From Candidatus Pacebacteria bacterium CG2_30_36_39 (GTDB lineage Bacteria; Patescibacteriota; Microgenomatia; UBA1400; PJMF01), in contig MNZB01000002.1 of the NCBI GenBank assembly GCA_001873435.1, positions 1,620-65,619 of the forward strand: a stretch of DNA of 64,000 nt, given 5' to 3'. This document shows, piece by piece, positions 47,305 through 56,642 of the stretch. The notes under the pieces are model-generated. The model saw only the letters and a program-made list of their open reading frames with translations, did not search any database and was not told where the DNA came from. The translations under genes were made by a program, and so were the position numbers. The first letter of the stretch is position 1. Every line of letters begins with the position of its first letter.

Positions 47305-47514
47305 ATGAAAAATGATTTTTCGATGAATAAAGCTATGCAAGAACTTGAAGAAATTAATACTTGGTTTCAAGAAGAAGATTTGGATTTGGAAGAAGGTTTG
47401 AAGAAACTTCAACGAGCTCAAGAGTTAACTGAACAAGTAAAAACCAGACTTCAGGTAGTTGAAAATCAATTTATTGCTCTAAAAAAAGATTTTCAAGCAG
47501 AATCAGGAGAATAA
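47305..47514 (+). CDS. xseB: Exodeoxyribonuclease VII small subunit
   Basis: 69-aa coiled coil MQELEEINTWFQEEDLDLEEGLKKLQRAQEL. Immediately after xseA. Confidence 0.8.
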   Translation: MKNDFSMNKAMQELEEINTWFQEEDLDLEEGLKKLQRAQELTEQVKTRLQVVENQFIALKKDFQAESGE

Positions 47515-47517
47515 GAC

Positions 47518-48222
47518 CTACTTGTAATCAAATAGGGTATTTTTCTCTACTACTCTAACGCTATCAATAAAGTGTTGTTCAAAATCATCAATATCTCTAT
47601 CTCCATTGTCGTAAACAAAAATTACTAAAACAACATCTCCTACTTTTTTAAAGTATTCGCGTCCAACTTCATTTCTTGGAATATAGAACATATCATTATT
47701 TACTTTGGTGTATCTGAAAATATCATTATTTGGATCACTAGAAACTGGTACATTTTTTAAGAATGTTTCTAGATCTGTTTTCACTCCACGTCTTTCAACA
47801 CCAACTACAAACGCATATTCATTGGCTAAGGGTAATGCAAAGTTGTTGCCGAAGGAGGCAATATAGTGTTTGTTAACTCCATCATCAGTCATGTAATTGG
47901 GAATGATATTGGTCCATTCTTTTGGAATGTTTACATAGACATCTTCGACTTGTCTAATTTCTAGTTCATCATTTGAATAAATTTTTAAATTAGTTTTTTT
48001 CGCTAATACTTGAGCAATTTGTTGAACTTCTTTAAATTCTGTTTTTAATTGAAAATATTGTCCAGCTAGAGCTGCAAAAAAACCAATTATTATTAGGGTG
48101 AGGTATTCGTGTTGTTCAAAGCCAATTTTATTATAAAATCTATTTATCTTGATCAAAATAGATTTAAAGCTATTGATTGGGTTACCCTGGGTGATGTTTT
48201 GTTTGTTATTTGTTTCATTCAT
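47518..48222 (-). CDS. Hypothetical membrane-anchored protein (234 aa)
   Basis: One TM (LTLIIIGFFAALAGQYF) and an extracytoplasmic domain. No motif recognised. Confidence 0.35.
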   Translation of the reverse strand: MNETNNKQNITQGNPINSFKSILIKINRFYNKIGFEQHEYLTLIIIGFFAALAGQYFQLKTEFKEVQQIAQVLAKKTNLKIYSNDELEIRQVEDVYVNIPKEWTNIIPNYMTDDGVNKHYIASFGNNFALPLANEYAFVVGVERRGVKTDLETFLKNVPVSSDPNNDIFRYTKVNNDMFYIPRNEVGREYFKKVGDVVLVIFVYDNGDRDIDDFEQHFIDSVRVVEKNTLFDYK

Positions 48223-48272
48223 AAGTTTTTCCTATTCATCCAGTATGTCATATAAAATACGGTATACTACAA

Positions 48273-50102
48273 ATGATGTCCCAAGTTCAACAGGTGAAAG
48301 AGGCTACTGATATTATTCAGGTAATCGGTGAACGAATCAAGTTGCAACGATCTGGTTCTAGTTATAAAGCTCCTTGTCCATTTCATAGTGAAAAAACTCC
48401 ATCATTTTTTGTTAGTGAAGAACTACAACGATATCGTTGTTTTGGTTGTAGTGAAACTGGAGATGCTTTAGATTTCCTTCAAAAATATGAGGCGATGAGC
48501 TTTGGTGAAGCCTTGGAGTATTTGGCTGATCAAGCTGGTATTCAATTGGCAGAATTTCAAAAAACTAAAGAAGATGATTTACGTGAAAGACTTTTAGCTA
48601 TTTTAAATCTAGCTAAGGAATATTATCACTATTTGTTAACCCAACATTCTATTGGTGAGAAGGCTAGGGTTTATCTTCAAGAGCGTAAAATCTCTCATGA
48701 TTCAATAGAACTTTTTCAATTGGGTTATGCTACTGATGCTTGGGATGGTTTGGTTAAATATTTACATTATAAGAAGAAATATCCTTTGGCAGAGATTGAG
48801 CAAGCTGGTTTAATTATTCAAGGTAGAGGTGGAAAATATTATGATCGTTTTCGAGGTAGAGTGATGTTTCCATTAAAAGATCATCGCGGTAGAGTGGTTG
48901 GTTTTTCTGGTCGCTTGATGGAAAAAGATGCCAAAGAGGCAAAATATATAAATACTCCAGAAACAATGCTTTATCACAAATCACAAATGTTATTTGGATA
49001 TAAAGAATTGTTGAATGAAATTAAGAAAGCTGAAGAGGTTATTGTTGTTGAGGGAGAATTTGATGTTATTTCTTCAGCCCAATCTCACGTAAATAATATT
49101 GTGGCTATCAAGGGATCTGCTTTAACCCAAGAACAAGTTAAGTTATTAGCAAGAGTAGCTCGTAAGGTTATTCTTTGTCTTGATGCAGATGACGCTGGTT
49201 CAAAGGCTACTAAGAGAGCAATTGAGGTTGTAGGTGATACCGATGTTGAACTTAGAGTTATAGATTTGTCTCAATTAGAAGGTGGGCAAAAAGATGTTGA
49301 TGAATTAGCTAGAAATCAGGCAAAGATTTGGCGTGAAGTTGAGAAAAAAACTGTTTCAGTTTATGAATTCTTATTACAGCTTAGTTTGCGCCATCATGAT
49401 CCCACCACCCCAGATGGTAAACGTGAAATAATGAAAGAGATTGGTCCTGTTTTTATTCAAATTGCCCATGCAGTCGAACATGATTTTTATGTGCAAAAAT
49501 TGGCTGAAATCCTCAAAGTTAAAAAAGAAATAGTTTTGCAAGATATGCAAAGGATTGGTGCTGGCAAAGTATTTAGTAAGAAGCCAGATAAGGAAGAGGA
49601 GAAGCCTGCAAAAATTACCAGTCGTCAACAGGGTTTGGAGCGATATTGCTTCTTTTTATTATTTGAATTAGATAATTTAAAAGATAGGGTTAATGAATTA
49701 AATGGAGTAGTTTTAGAAACTCCTGGTTTGGAGAATATATTACAACAGTTTCTAAAACAAATTGAAACTGGTGAACAAAAAAATACCAAAAAACCAGACA
49801 TTAAAAAGTTAACTCATGGTTTGGCTGATGATCTTAAGCAATTAGTTTTTGATATTATTTATGCTCCAGAATTTTCAGCTTTAAAAGACAATATTGAACC
49901 AAAGGTTGAGTGGGATAGAAGTTTCCAACTTTTACAACAAGGTAGTGCTAGATCTCATATTCATGCTCTTCAACAGCAAATTTCCGAACTCGATAGTAAA
50001 GAACCAAAAACTTCAACTGAAGAGGAGAAATTATCCGAGTTATTACGCAAGGTAGCTCAACTGCAAAAGGTGCTAAGAGTTAGTAAGCCTGATCTTCAAT
50101 AG
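48273..50102 (+). CDS. dnaG: DNA primase
   Basis: CHC2 zinc finger (CPFHSEKTPSFFVS...YRCFGCSETGDALDFL). TOPRIM VVVEGEFDVIS and LCLDADDAG. Confidence 0.9.
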   Translation: MMSQVQQVKEATDIIQVIGERIKLQRSGSSYKAPCPFHSEKTPSFFVSEELQRYRCFGCSETGDALDFLQKYEAMSFGEALEYLADQAGIQLAEFQKTKEDDLRERLLAILNLAKEYYHYLLTQHSIGEKARVYLQERKISHDSIELFQLGYATDAWDGLVKYLHYKKKYPLAEIEQAGLIIQGRGGKYYDRFRGRVMFPLKDHRGRVVGFSGRLMEKDAKEAKYINTPETMLYHKSQMLFGYKELLNEIKKAEEVIVVEGEFDVISSAQSHVNNIVAIKGSALTQEQVKLLARVARKVILCLDADDAGSKATKRAIEVVGDTDVELRVIDLSQLEGGQKDVDELARNQAKIWREVEKKTVSVYEFLLQLSLRHHDPTTPDGKREIMKEIGPVFIQIAHAVEHDFYVQKLAEILKVKKEIVLQDMQRIGAGKVFSKKPDKEEEKPAKITSRQQGLERYCFFLLFELDNLKDRVNELNGVVLETPGLENILQQFLKQIETGEQKNTKKPDIKKLTHGLADDLKQLVFDIIYAPEFSALKDNIEPKVEWDRSFQLLQQGSARSHIHALQQQISELDSKEPKTSTEEEKLSELLRKVAQLQKVLRVSKPDLQ

Positions 50103-50125
50103 CCGTTTTCTTCACTTGACATCAT

Positions 50126-50142
50126 ATACCCTATGGGGGTAT
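50126..50142. promoter_or_regulatory. GC-tract pseudopalindrome ATACCC-TATGG-GGGTAT inside a TTGACA-18-TATATT promoter spacer; candidate CsoR-family operator
   Basis: Read directly. TTGACA at 50116-50121, TATATT at 50140-50145. It resembles the GC-tract inverted-repeat class of CsoR operators (recollection of B. subtilis copZA, not checked). Confidence 0.5.
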
Positions 50143-50153
50143 ATTTAGTTTCC

Positions 50154-50396
50154 ATGACAACCAAACAGGACCCAGTCCTTACACAGCTAAATCGTATAAA
50201 TGGTCAGATAGAAGGTATCGCAAGAATGTACCAGGACGAACGTATTTGCGTAGACATTGTTCGTCAGGTATTGGCTGTGAGAAATTCATTAGGTCGGGTG
50301 GCTAGAGATTTGCTAAATGATGAAGCTAGGAGATGTTCTAAAGGTGAACCAGGAGCAGATTTGGATGAAGTTTTGAAAGAAATTTTTAAGTATTAA
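50154..50396 (+). CDS. CsoR/RcnR-family (DUF156) metal/thiol-sensing repressor, Cys-Glu-Cys signature; probably leaderless
   Basis: LNRINGQIEGIARMYQDERICVDIVRQVLAVRNSL...DEARRC. Cys39 and Cys68 are conserved, but Glu occupies the CsoR His position. The track ATG at 50133 lies inside the operator, so ATG 50154 is preferred. Confidence 0.7.
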   Translation: MTTKQDPVLTQLNRINGQIEGIARMYQDERICVDIVRQVLAVRNSLGRVARDLLNDEARRCSKGEPGADLDEVLKEIFKY

Positions 50397-50448
50397 GTAG
50401 TTAGTAATATAGTAATTAGAAAGGATTCGTTTAATCACGAATAAGAAT

Positions 50449-50796
50449 ATGAGTAATCAAGGCGCGGTCCATTTTGATGATAAGAGTTTTAAAGAGGCTT
50501 TAAAAGGTGACAAACCAGTTTTTGTTGATTTTTTTGCTGAATGGTGTGGTCCTTGCCAAATGGCAGCTCCAATTATTGATAAATTAGCAGATGAATTTGC
50601 CGACAGAATTGTAATTGCAAAATTAAATGTTGATGAAAATGGTAGTACAGCCCAAGAATTTGGAGTTATGAGTATTCCAACTGTTTTGATTTTCAAAAAA
50701 GATAAAGAAGATGCAACAAAAATTGTTGCCAGACAAGTTGGTTTTCCAGGTGAAGCTGGTTATAGATCCATGATCGAAGATGTTCTTGGTAAATAA
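50449..50796 (+). CDS. trxA: Thioredoxin
   Basis: WCGPCQ active site. Thioredoxin fold, 115 aa. Confidence 0.9.
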   Translation: MSNQGAVHFDDKSFKEALKGDKPVFVDFFAEWCGPCQMAAPIIDKLADEFADRIVIAKLNVDENGSTAQEFGVMSIPTVLIFKKDKEDATKIVARQVGFPGEAGYRSMIEDVLGK

Positions 50797-50822
50797 TTAA
50801 GTTGAATTAAATAGTTGAAAGG

Positions 50823-51893
50823 GTGTATATGAAGGCCGAAAAATTGGTAATTATTGGTTCTGGTCCTGCTGGGTATACAGCGGCAATTTATGCTTCCAGA
50901 GCTCAATTAAAACCTGTTTTGTTTACTGGTATGGAAAGTGGCGGTCAGTTAATGTACACCACAGATTTAGAAAATTTTCCAGGTTTTCCAGAAGGAGTGA
51001 TTGGTCCTAAATTCATGATGAGTTTAAGGGCTCAGGCTACTCGTTTTGGAACTGAAATTAGAGATGCTCATGTTACCGCAGTTGATTTTTCCCAACGCCC
51101 TTTCAAACTTTGGACTCATTTACCAGCTGGTGTTGGTATGGATATTTTTAAACAAGGTTCCCAGGAAGAAATTGATGGTGCAGTTACCAAGATTAAAGCC
51201 GATGAGCCAGATGTCTTGGCTGATTCAGTAATTATAAATACTGGAGCTACCTCAATTATGTTGGGTGTTCCAGGAGAAAAAGAGTTTTTTGGTCGAGGTG
51301 TCAGTACTTGCGCTGTTTGTGATGCTGCTTTTTATAAAGATAAAAATGTTTTTGTTATTGGTGGTGGTGACAGTGCTATGGAAGATACTTTGGCTTTAAC
51401 TAAGTTTGCAACCAAAGTTACAGTTGTTCACCGTAGAGATAGTTTCAGAGCCAGTAAGATTATGGTTGATCGAGTTTTAAAAAATGATAAGGTTGAGGTT
51501 TTGTGGAATTCACAGCTTAAAAAAATTATTGGTGAGTATGGTGTGCAAAAAATAGTTGTTGAAGTTGATGGCAAAGATCAAGAGTTTAAAGCTGATGGAG
51601 TATTTTTGGCTATTGGTCATAGACCAGTTACAAGTCTTTTTAGAGGTCAAATAGAATTAGATGATCATGGATATATTGTGACCAGACAAAGTTTGTCAAA
51701 GAAAGGCTTGGTTCAGGCTCAAGCCGCTTTGAATGAAAAAGATTTGGTGGCTTATCCAACTATGACTTCAATAGCTGGTGTTTTTGCTGGTGGAGATGTG
51801 GTTGATGTGAGATATAAGCAAGCAATTACTGCTGCTGGTATGGGTTGCGCTGCTGCTTTAGATGCAGAGCGCTGGCTAGAAAATCAAGAGTAA
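50823..51893 (+). CDS. trxB: Thioredoxin-disulfide reductase (with ~40-aa insertion)
   Basis: FAD GSGPAGYTAAIYASRA. Redox CAVCDAAFY. NADPH GGGDSAMEDTLALTKF. 356 aa versus the usual ~315. Confidence 0.85.
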   Translation: MYMKAEKLVIIGSGPAGYTAAIYASRAQLKPVLFTGMESGGQLMYTTDLENFPGFPEGVIGPKFMMSLRAQATRFGTEIRDAHVTAVDFSQRPFKLWTHLPAGVGMDIFKQGSQEEIDGAVTKIKADEPDVLADSVIINTGATSIMLGVPGEKEFFGRGVSTCAVCDAAFYKDKNVFVIGGGDSAMEDTLALTKFATKVTVVHRRDSFRASKIMVDRVLKNDKVEVLWNSQLKKIIGEYGVQKIVVEVDGKDQEFKADGVFLAIGHRPVTSLFRGQIELDDHGYIVTRQSLSKKGLVQAQAALNEKDLVAYPTMTSIAGVFAGGDVVDVRYKQAITAAGMGCAAALDAERWLENQE

Positions 51894-51920
51894 CAAGCAT
51901 TATTAAAAAAAAGGAAAAAT

Positions 51921-53228
51921 ATGGCAAATCCACATGCAAATGCTGTAGCTCAACTCGAACGAGTTGCAAAGCTTTTGGCTAAGGATTATCAAGATAACAA
52001 AGCTTCTTTTGAAAGAGCAATAAAAAAACTCAAAGAACCAGACGTAGTTCATCAAACAAAATTAAGCATTAAAATGGATGATGGTACAACTAAAAAATTT
52101 CAAGCTTTTAGATCTCAACATAATAATGCTCGTGGTCCATATAAAGGTGGTATCCGTTATCACTCAGATGTTTCATTAGAAGAAGTTAAAGCTTTGTCTA
52201 CTTGGATGACTTGGAAGTGTGCAGTAACTGGTATTCCATATGGTGGTGGTAAAGGTGGAATTATTGTTGACCCTAAAAAGCTTTCAAAAGCTGAGTTACA
52301 ACGCTTGAGTAGAGCCTATACTGATTTTTTAAGTGATAAAATTGGTCCCTGGATTGATGTGCCTGCTCCAGATGTGAATACTACTGGTGAAATCATGGCT
52401 TGGATGGTTGATCAGTATCAAAAGAATTTAACTAAAAAAGGTTTGGTTCAAGAAAATCCATTAGGCACTTTTACTGGCAAACCATTGGGTTTGGGAGGTT
52501 CTCAGGGTCGCGATGAAGCTACTGGTTTGGGTGGCGTGATGGTTTTGGATAAGTTAGCTGAAAAACTGGGTTATAAAAACAAGAAAAAAGTTAGAATTGC
52601 AATTCAAGGCTTTGGTAATGTGGGTTATTGGTTTGCTAAACATGCTCATGACCATGGTTATACTGTAGTTGCTGTTTCTGGTTCTAGAGGTGGTGTTTAT
52701 GTTGCCAATGGTTTGAATCCAGAAAAAACTTTAGCTTGTAAGGAAAAGAATGGTGATTTGACTTCATGTTTTTGCACTGACAAAGCTTGTGCCGTTGGTA
52801 ATGGCAAAAAAATCTCTAATGATGAAGTGCTTGAATTAGATGTTGATATCTTGGTTCCTGCAGCGTTGGAAAATGTGATTCATAAAGGTAATGCAGCCAA
52901 GGTTAGGGCAAAAGCAATTATTGAGATGGCCAATGGTCCAATTACTCCAGAGGCAGATGAGATTTTAGCAAAGAATGGGGTGATTTTAGTTCCAGATGTT
53001 TTAGCTAATTCTGGTGGAGTAACAGTTTCATATTTTGAATGGGTACAAAACCTTCAAGGATATTATTGGACTCATCAAGAGGTAATTTCTAAATTAAAAC
53101 CATTAATGGAAACTTCTTTTGCTGAGATGTGGGCTATGAAAGAAAAGCACCAAGTTGATGGTCGTATGGCTACATATTTAACTGCAGTTAAAAGAGTGGT
53201 TGATGCCATGATCTTACGTGGAATTTAA
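51921..53228 (+). CDS. gdhA: Glutamate dehydrogenase, NAD(P)-dependent
   Basis: GPYKGGIRYH, GGGKGG. Rossmann GFGNVG. Confidence 0.9.
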   Translation: MANPHANAVAQLERVAKLLAKDYQDNKASFERAIKKLKEPDVVHQTKLSIKMDDGTTKKFQAFRSQHNNARGPYKGGIRYHSDVSLEEVKALSTWMTWKCAVTGIPYGGGKGGIIVDPKKLSKAELQRLSRAYTDFLSDKIGPWIDVPAPDVNTTGEIMAWMVDQYQKNLTKKGLVQENPLGTFTGKPLGLGGSQGRDEATGLGGVMVLDKLAEKLGYKNKKKVRIAIQGFGNVGYWFAKHAHDHGYTVVAVSGSRGGVYVANGLNPEKTLACKEKNGDLTSCFCTDKACAVGNGKKISNDEVLELDVDILVPAALENVIHKGNAAKVRAKAIIEMANGPITPEADEILAKNGVILVPDVLANSGGVTVSYFEWVQNLQGYYWTHQEVISKLKPLMETSFAEMWAMKEKHQVDGRMATYLTAVKRVVDAMILRGI

Positions 53229-53246
53229 GTTATTTTTTAAGCAAAC

Positions 53247-53276
53247 TAAAAGCCCCCTTTAAAGGGGGCTTTTTTA
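53247..53276. terminator. Bidirectional intrinsic terminator (AGCCCCCTTT/AAAGGGGGCT perfect palindrome flanked by A- and T-runs)
   Basis: Read directly. Lies between convergent gdhA and galU. Confidence 0.8.
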
Positions 53277-53290
53277 TTAACTTATTTTAT

Positions 53291-54178
53291 TTAAAAATTT
53301 ATTTCTTTTATAAATTTTTGTAGAGCAGCTCTTAGTTCTGGATTTTCTTTAGCGATGGTTAAATTTGCTTTAAGCCAACCCAACGGATAACCACAATCAA
53401 GGTAGGTGCCTCTTGGAGTATAGATAGCAACATCTTCGGTTTTTGTTAATTTTGTAACAGTGTCTGTGATATAAAGCTCTCCAGACCTGCTATCAACACT
53501 TTGCTGATCTATCAGTTCAAATATCTTTGGGGTAAGAATATATTTACTAATATTGGCTAAATTTGATGGGGCTGTTCCAGGAGTTGGTTTTTCAATTAGT
53601 TCACTCAAATATTGAAAACCATTTTTTTCAAAAGTTTTAGCAATTCCAAAACGTTGTAATTCTGAGTCTGGTTGCTCTACAAAAGTTGCTAATGATTTTA
53701 CTCCAGTTTTTTCTAGATGTTTAATCATTAATGAGACTTCTGAACTACCATCTGCATTATATGGAATGTCATCGCCCATCAAAACAACAAATGATTCTTC
53801 ATTTTCTAGATATGATTGGGCTAGTTTAACTGGAGTAGCAGATCCATATGGATCTGAATCTTGTTGTTTAACAAAACTGAAATTTGCTTGTTGATGAAGA
53901 TTTTTTATTTCTTCAAAAAGATGCATTTTATTCATGCGTCTAAGATATTCTTCTAGGCGATGATTCTCTCTAAAGTAATGGAGGATTTGCATATTATGCT
54001 CATTGATAGCAAAAACGATATCAGTTATCCCTGCTTTAACTAGATCAGCAACTAAATAGTCAACCACTGGCTTATTTAGAACTGGGATCATTTCTTTCTG
54101 AATTGTTTTAGTGAAAGGTAGAAATCTAGTGCCGAAGCCGGCTGCCGCAATTAAAGCTTTATTAATTTTCATAATCAC
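53291..54178 (-). CDS. galU: UTP--glucose-1-phosphate uridylyltransferase
   Basis: ALIAAAGFGTRFLPFTKTIQKEMIPV N-terminal motif. SD AGGTGA. Confidence 0.85.
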   Translation of the reverse strand: MIMKINKALIAAAGFGTRFLPFTKTIQKEMIPVLNKPVVDYLVADLVKAGITDIVFAINEHNMQILHYFRENHRLEEYLRRMNKMHLFEEIKNLHQQANFSFVKQQDSDPYGSATPVKLAQSYLENEESFVVLMGDDIPYNADGSSEVSLMIKHLEKTGVKSLATFVEQPDSELQRFGIAKTFEKNGFQYLSELIEKPTPGTAPSNLANISKYILTPKIFELIDQQSVDSRSGELYITDTVTKLTKTEDVAIYTPRGTYLDCGYPLGWLKANLTIAKENPELRAALQKFIKEINF

Positions 54179-54238
54179 CTTCTATTGTTGATAGCCAAAT
54201 TGTAGGGAAAATATGACCTACTGTCTAGATAAACTTAT

Positions 54239-55213
54239 CTATAAATATATTACTAAGAATGATGTTATTCCGAAGAGAAATATTGTGAGTAATAAAGGCA
54301 TATCGTTGAGTAAAACTCTCTCTGGAGATTCTCCCTTATTCTCTTCGTAAACTAATTGTAAATAGCGCATGACGCCAAAGATGACAAAAGGCAAAGTTAG
54401 CATTAATAGTTTTTGCGACTGCAATGTTCTTGGCAGAAAAGTGTAGAGTTGTGGAAAGCGTTGAGCAGCTGATTCTATATACATAGTTTCATGTTGAAAG
54501 GCGAAGAGAGAATAGGTGAGCCAGGTTGCATTGGCAAACATAGCTGTATATTGGTCTAGAAGCCTTTGACTGTAGTGTTTTAGGGTTTTTCTACTAGGAG
54601 AGACCTGACTATCTTGGAGAAGGGTTCTCTCACTTTGTCTTTTACCTACTGCCAAGAATAAAGATGCAGAAACAACTGTGAGCAAAAACCAAACGCTCAT
54701 GTGTAGTTCAACAATTATTGCTCCAGCATAGACTCTGATTAGAAATCCAGAAGCGATTGAAATAACATCAAGGATTGGGATTTGTTTAATTTTAGTTGCA
54801 TAAGCAAGTTGAAGGGCTAGATATAACAAGACTAAGATTCTAAAAAAGAATGGTAAAGATAAAGATAAAAAGAAGACGATAGCAATGCCAGTCATAGCAA
54901 CAAAGGCTGCAATAGCAATTGGTAGTTCTCCTGAAGCGATTGGTCTTTTTTTCTTGTATGGGTGTTTACTGTCTTCTTCAGCGTCAACAATGTCATTAAT
55001 TAGATAAACACTAGAAGCGAGAATACAGAAGATTATAAAAGCGTAAGTAACAGTCCAAAAATAGGCTAAACCGCTGTTTGGTACATAAAATAGGAAGCCT
55101 GAAAAAAATAGAGATGCATAGAGGGCAATATTTTTAAGCCATTGACGAGGTCTGGCAGACTTCAAAAGTAAGTAGAGTATTTTGAGTCTCATTAGTATTG
55201 ATTTGTAAAGCAA
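54239..55213 (-). CDS. UbiA-family prenyltransferase, decaprenyl-phosphate phosphoribosyltransferase (DPPR synthase)-like
   Basis: RPRQWLKNIALYASLFF. NDIVDAEEDSKHPYKKKRPIASGEL (NDxxDxxxD). About 8 TMs. Confidence 0.75.
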   Translation of the reverse strand: MLYKSILMRLKILYLLLKSARPRQWLKNIALYASLFFSGFLFYVPNSGLAYFWTVTYAFIIFCILASSVYLINDIVDAEEDSKHPYKKKRPIASGELPIAIAAFVAMTGIAIVFFLSLSLPFFFRILVLLYLALQLAYATKIKQIPILDVISIASGFLIRVYAGAIIVELHMSVWFLLTVVSASLFLAVGKRQSERTLLQDSQVSPSRKTLKHYSQRLLDQYTAMFANATWLTYSLFAFQHETMYIESAAQRFPQLYTFLPRTLQSQKLLMLTLPFVIFGVMRYLQLVYEENKGESPERVLLNDMPLLLTIFLFGITSFLVIYL

Positions 55214-55233
55214 AATATATTTTTATACAAGAG

Positions 55234-56292
55234 CTAATTTGCTTTCTTTGTTGAATAGAACTTTGCCCATATTAAAAAGCTAAAAACAAATGCTAAGGTA
55301 GCAAAGAAGGTAATGATTTTTCCAGTTGTATTTAGAAACAATGATAGGACTCCTAAAAATAAACTAACTAGCCAATAAAAAATAGCTATTCTTCTTTTGC
55401 CCCAACCTAATAAATCCATTAATTTATGATGCAAGTGTCCTCTATCACCCCAAAAAGGTGATTTTCCAGCTAAGATTCTTCTAGAGATAGTAAAGATTCC
55501 ATCAGCTGTTGGTAGAGCAATCACCATTAGTGTCGTTGCAAGTTTTGCTCCAGATAAAATAGCTAGAATGCTTAAAAAGAATCCTGCTAGTGAGCCAGCT
55601 CCATATCCTGGCATCATTTTTTGTGGATACCAATTCCAGAGTAATAAGCCAAAAAAAGCTCCTCCTACAATAAAACTAAGGTAGGCGGTATTAAAAGTAG
55701 TTGGATCATCTATAAAGCGAAAAGAAAGTAAGCCGATGAAGATTGCAGAGATACTAACAAATCCTGGTAATTGTCCATCCACGCCTTTTGCCCAATTAAG
55801 GATATTCATGTTCCATAGGATGAAAAATAAAGTGCCTATTCCAGATAATGAAAGTAGATTGTTCATTGCTGGCTGATTAATAAATGGTATCTGAGGAATA
55901 AATAGGACTCCTTCTTTGAAAGGGTTACTTACATATTCGATTCCAATGCCAGACTGAACAACTAGAATTGCGGCCAGTAAGCCAGTACCCATTCTAATGA
56001 ATGGATTAATATCCCAGATATCATCAATAGTTCCAACAATCATTAAGATGGTAGCTCCTATTAAGATGTTGATTAAATATTGATCTAAATTTAAGAACAA
56101 AATGCTACTAATTAAAATTCCTAGAAATACTACAATTCCACCCCCTCTAGGAACTGGTTTGTGATGAGTTTTTTTGGCGTGTGGAAGTTTTTCTGGATCG
56201 TCTAGCCAGTTATTTTTTTTATACCAACGTATGACTAATGGTGCTGTTAATCCAGATAGTAGCGCAGTAATTAAAAAAATAAATATTGTCAT
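55234..56292 (-). CDS. MraY/WecA-family polyprenyl-phosphate N-acetylhexosamine-1-phosphate transferase (GT4)
   Basis: VGTIDDIWDINPFIRMG (DDxxD) and polytopic topology. The start is placed at the internal M (MTIFIFL) abutting the upstream small ORF, rather than the track's 56358. Confidence 0.75.
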   Translation of the reverse strand: MTIFIFLITALLSGLTAPLVIRWYKKNNWLDDPEKLPHAKKTHHKPVPRGGGIVVFLGILISSILFLNLDQYLINILIGATILMIVGTIDDIWDINPFIRMGTGLLAAILVVQSGIGIEYVSNPFKEGVLFIPQIPFINQPAMNNLLSLSGIGTLFFILWNMNILNWAKGVDGQLPGFVSISAIFIGLLSFRFIDDPTTFNTAYLSFIVGGAFFGLLLWNWYPQKMMPGYGAGSLAGFFLSILAILSGAKLATTLMVIALPTADGIFTISRRILAGKSPFWGDRGHLHHKLMDLLGWGKRRIAIFYWLVSLFLGVLSLFLNTTGKIITFFATLAFVFSFLIWAKFYSTKKAN

Positions 56293-56627
56293 GTTACGAT
56301 CATTATTAGTCTTAATAAAATAATTCCATTTACCAGCAATAAGGCTACACTGGTCCAAGAAAATAGTTTTTGAATGTTTGTTTCAATCTCTTTAAATATT
56401 CCTATTAATAATAAGTGAGAAGCCGTAATTAGCCAGGAAAAAACTGGGAAAAGGAAAATCCACCACTTATCAACTAGTTGTTTTTCTGGTTGTGAGAGTG
56501 AATAAAAAATAGGAATGACTGGTTGTAGAAATGGAAATGACACTCCAGCGGTTAGAGTAGTAACAAAAGCTAGTAGCAGCATCGCTTGAGCTGGTTGCTG
56601 TAAATGTTTGGGAACCAACCTAGACAT
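56289..56627 (-). CDS. Small membrane protein (3-4 TM), hypothetical, operonic with GT genes
   Basis: Hydrophobic helices. Coupled to the WecA-like gene. Confidence 0.35.
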   Translation of the reverse strand: MSRLVPKHLQQPAQAMLLLAFVTTLTAGVSFPFLQPVIPIFYSLSQPEKQLVDKWWIFLFPVFSWLITASHLLLIGIFKEIETNIQKLFSWTSVALLLVNGIILLRLIMIVT

Positions 56628-56642
56628 GATTCTATTATACCG

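Noticed and set aside
50397-50448. Small inverted repeat ATTCGT-N6-ACGAAT between the CsoR-like gene and trxA as a terminator
   Set aside because: Only 6-bp AT-rich arms and no U-tract. More likely chance in AT-rich DNA. Read-through to trxA is assumed.
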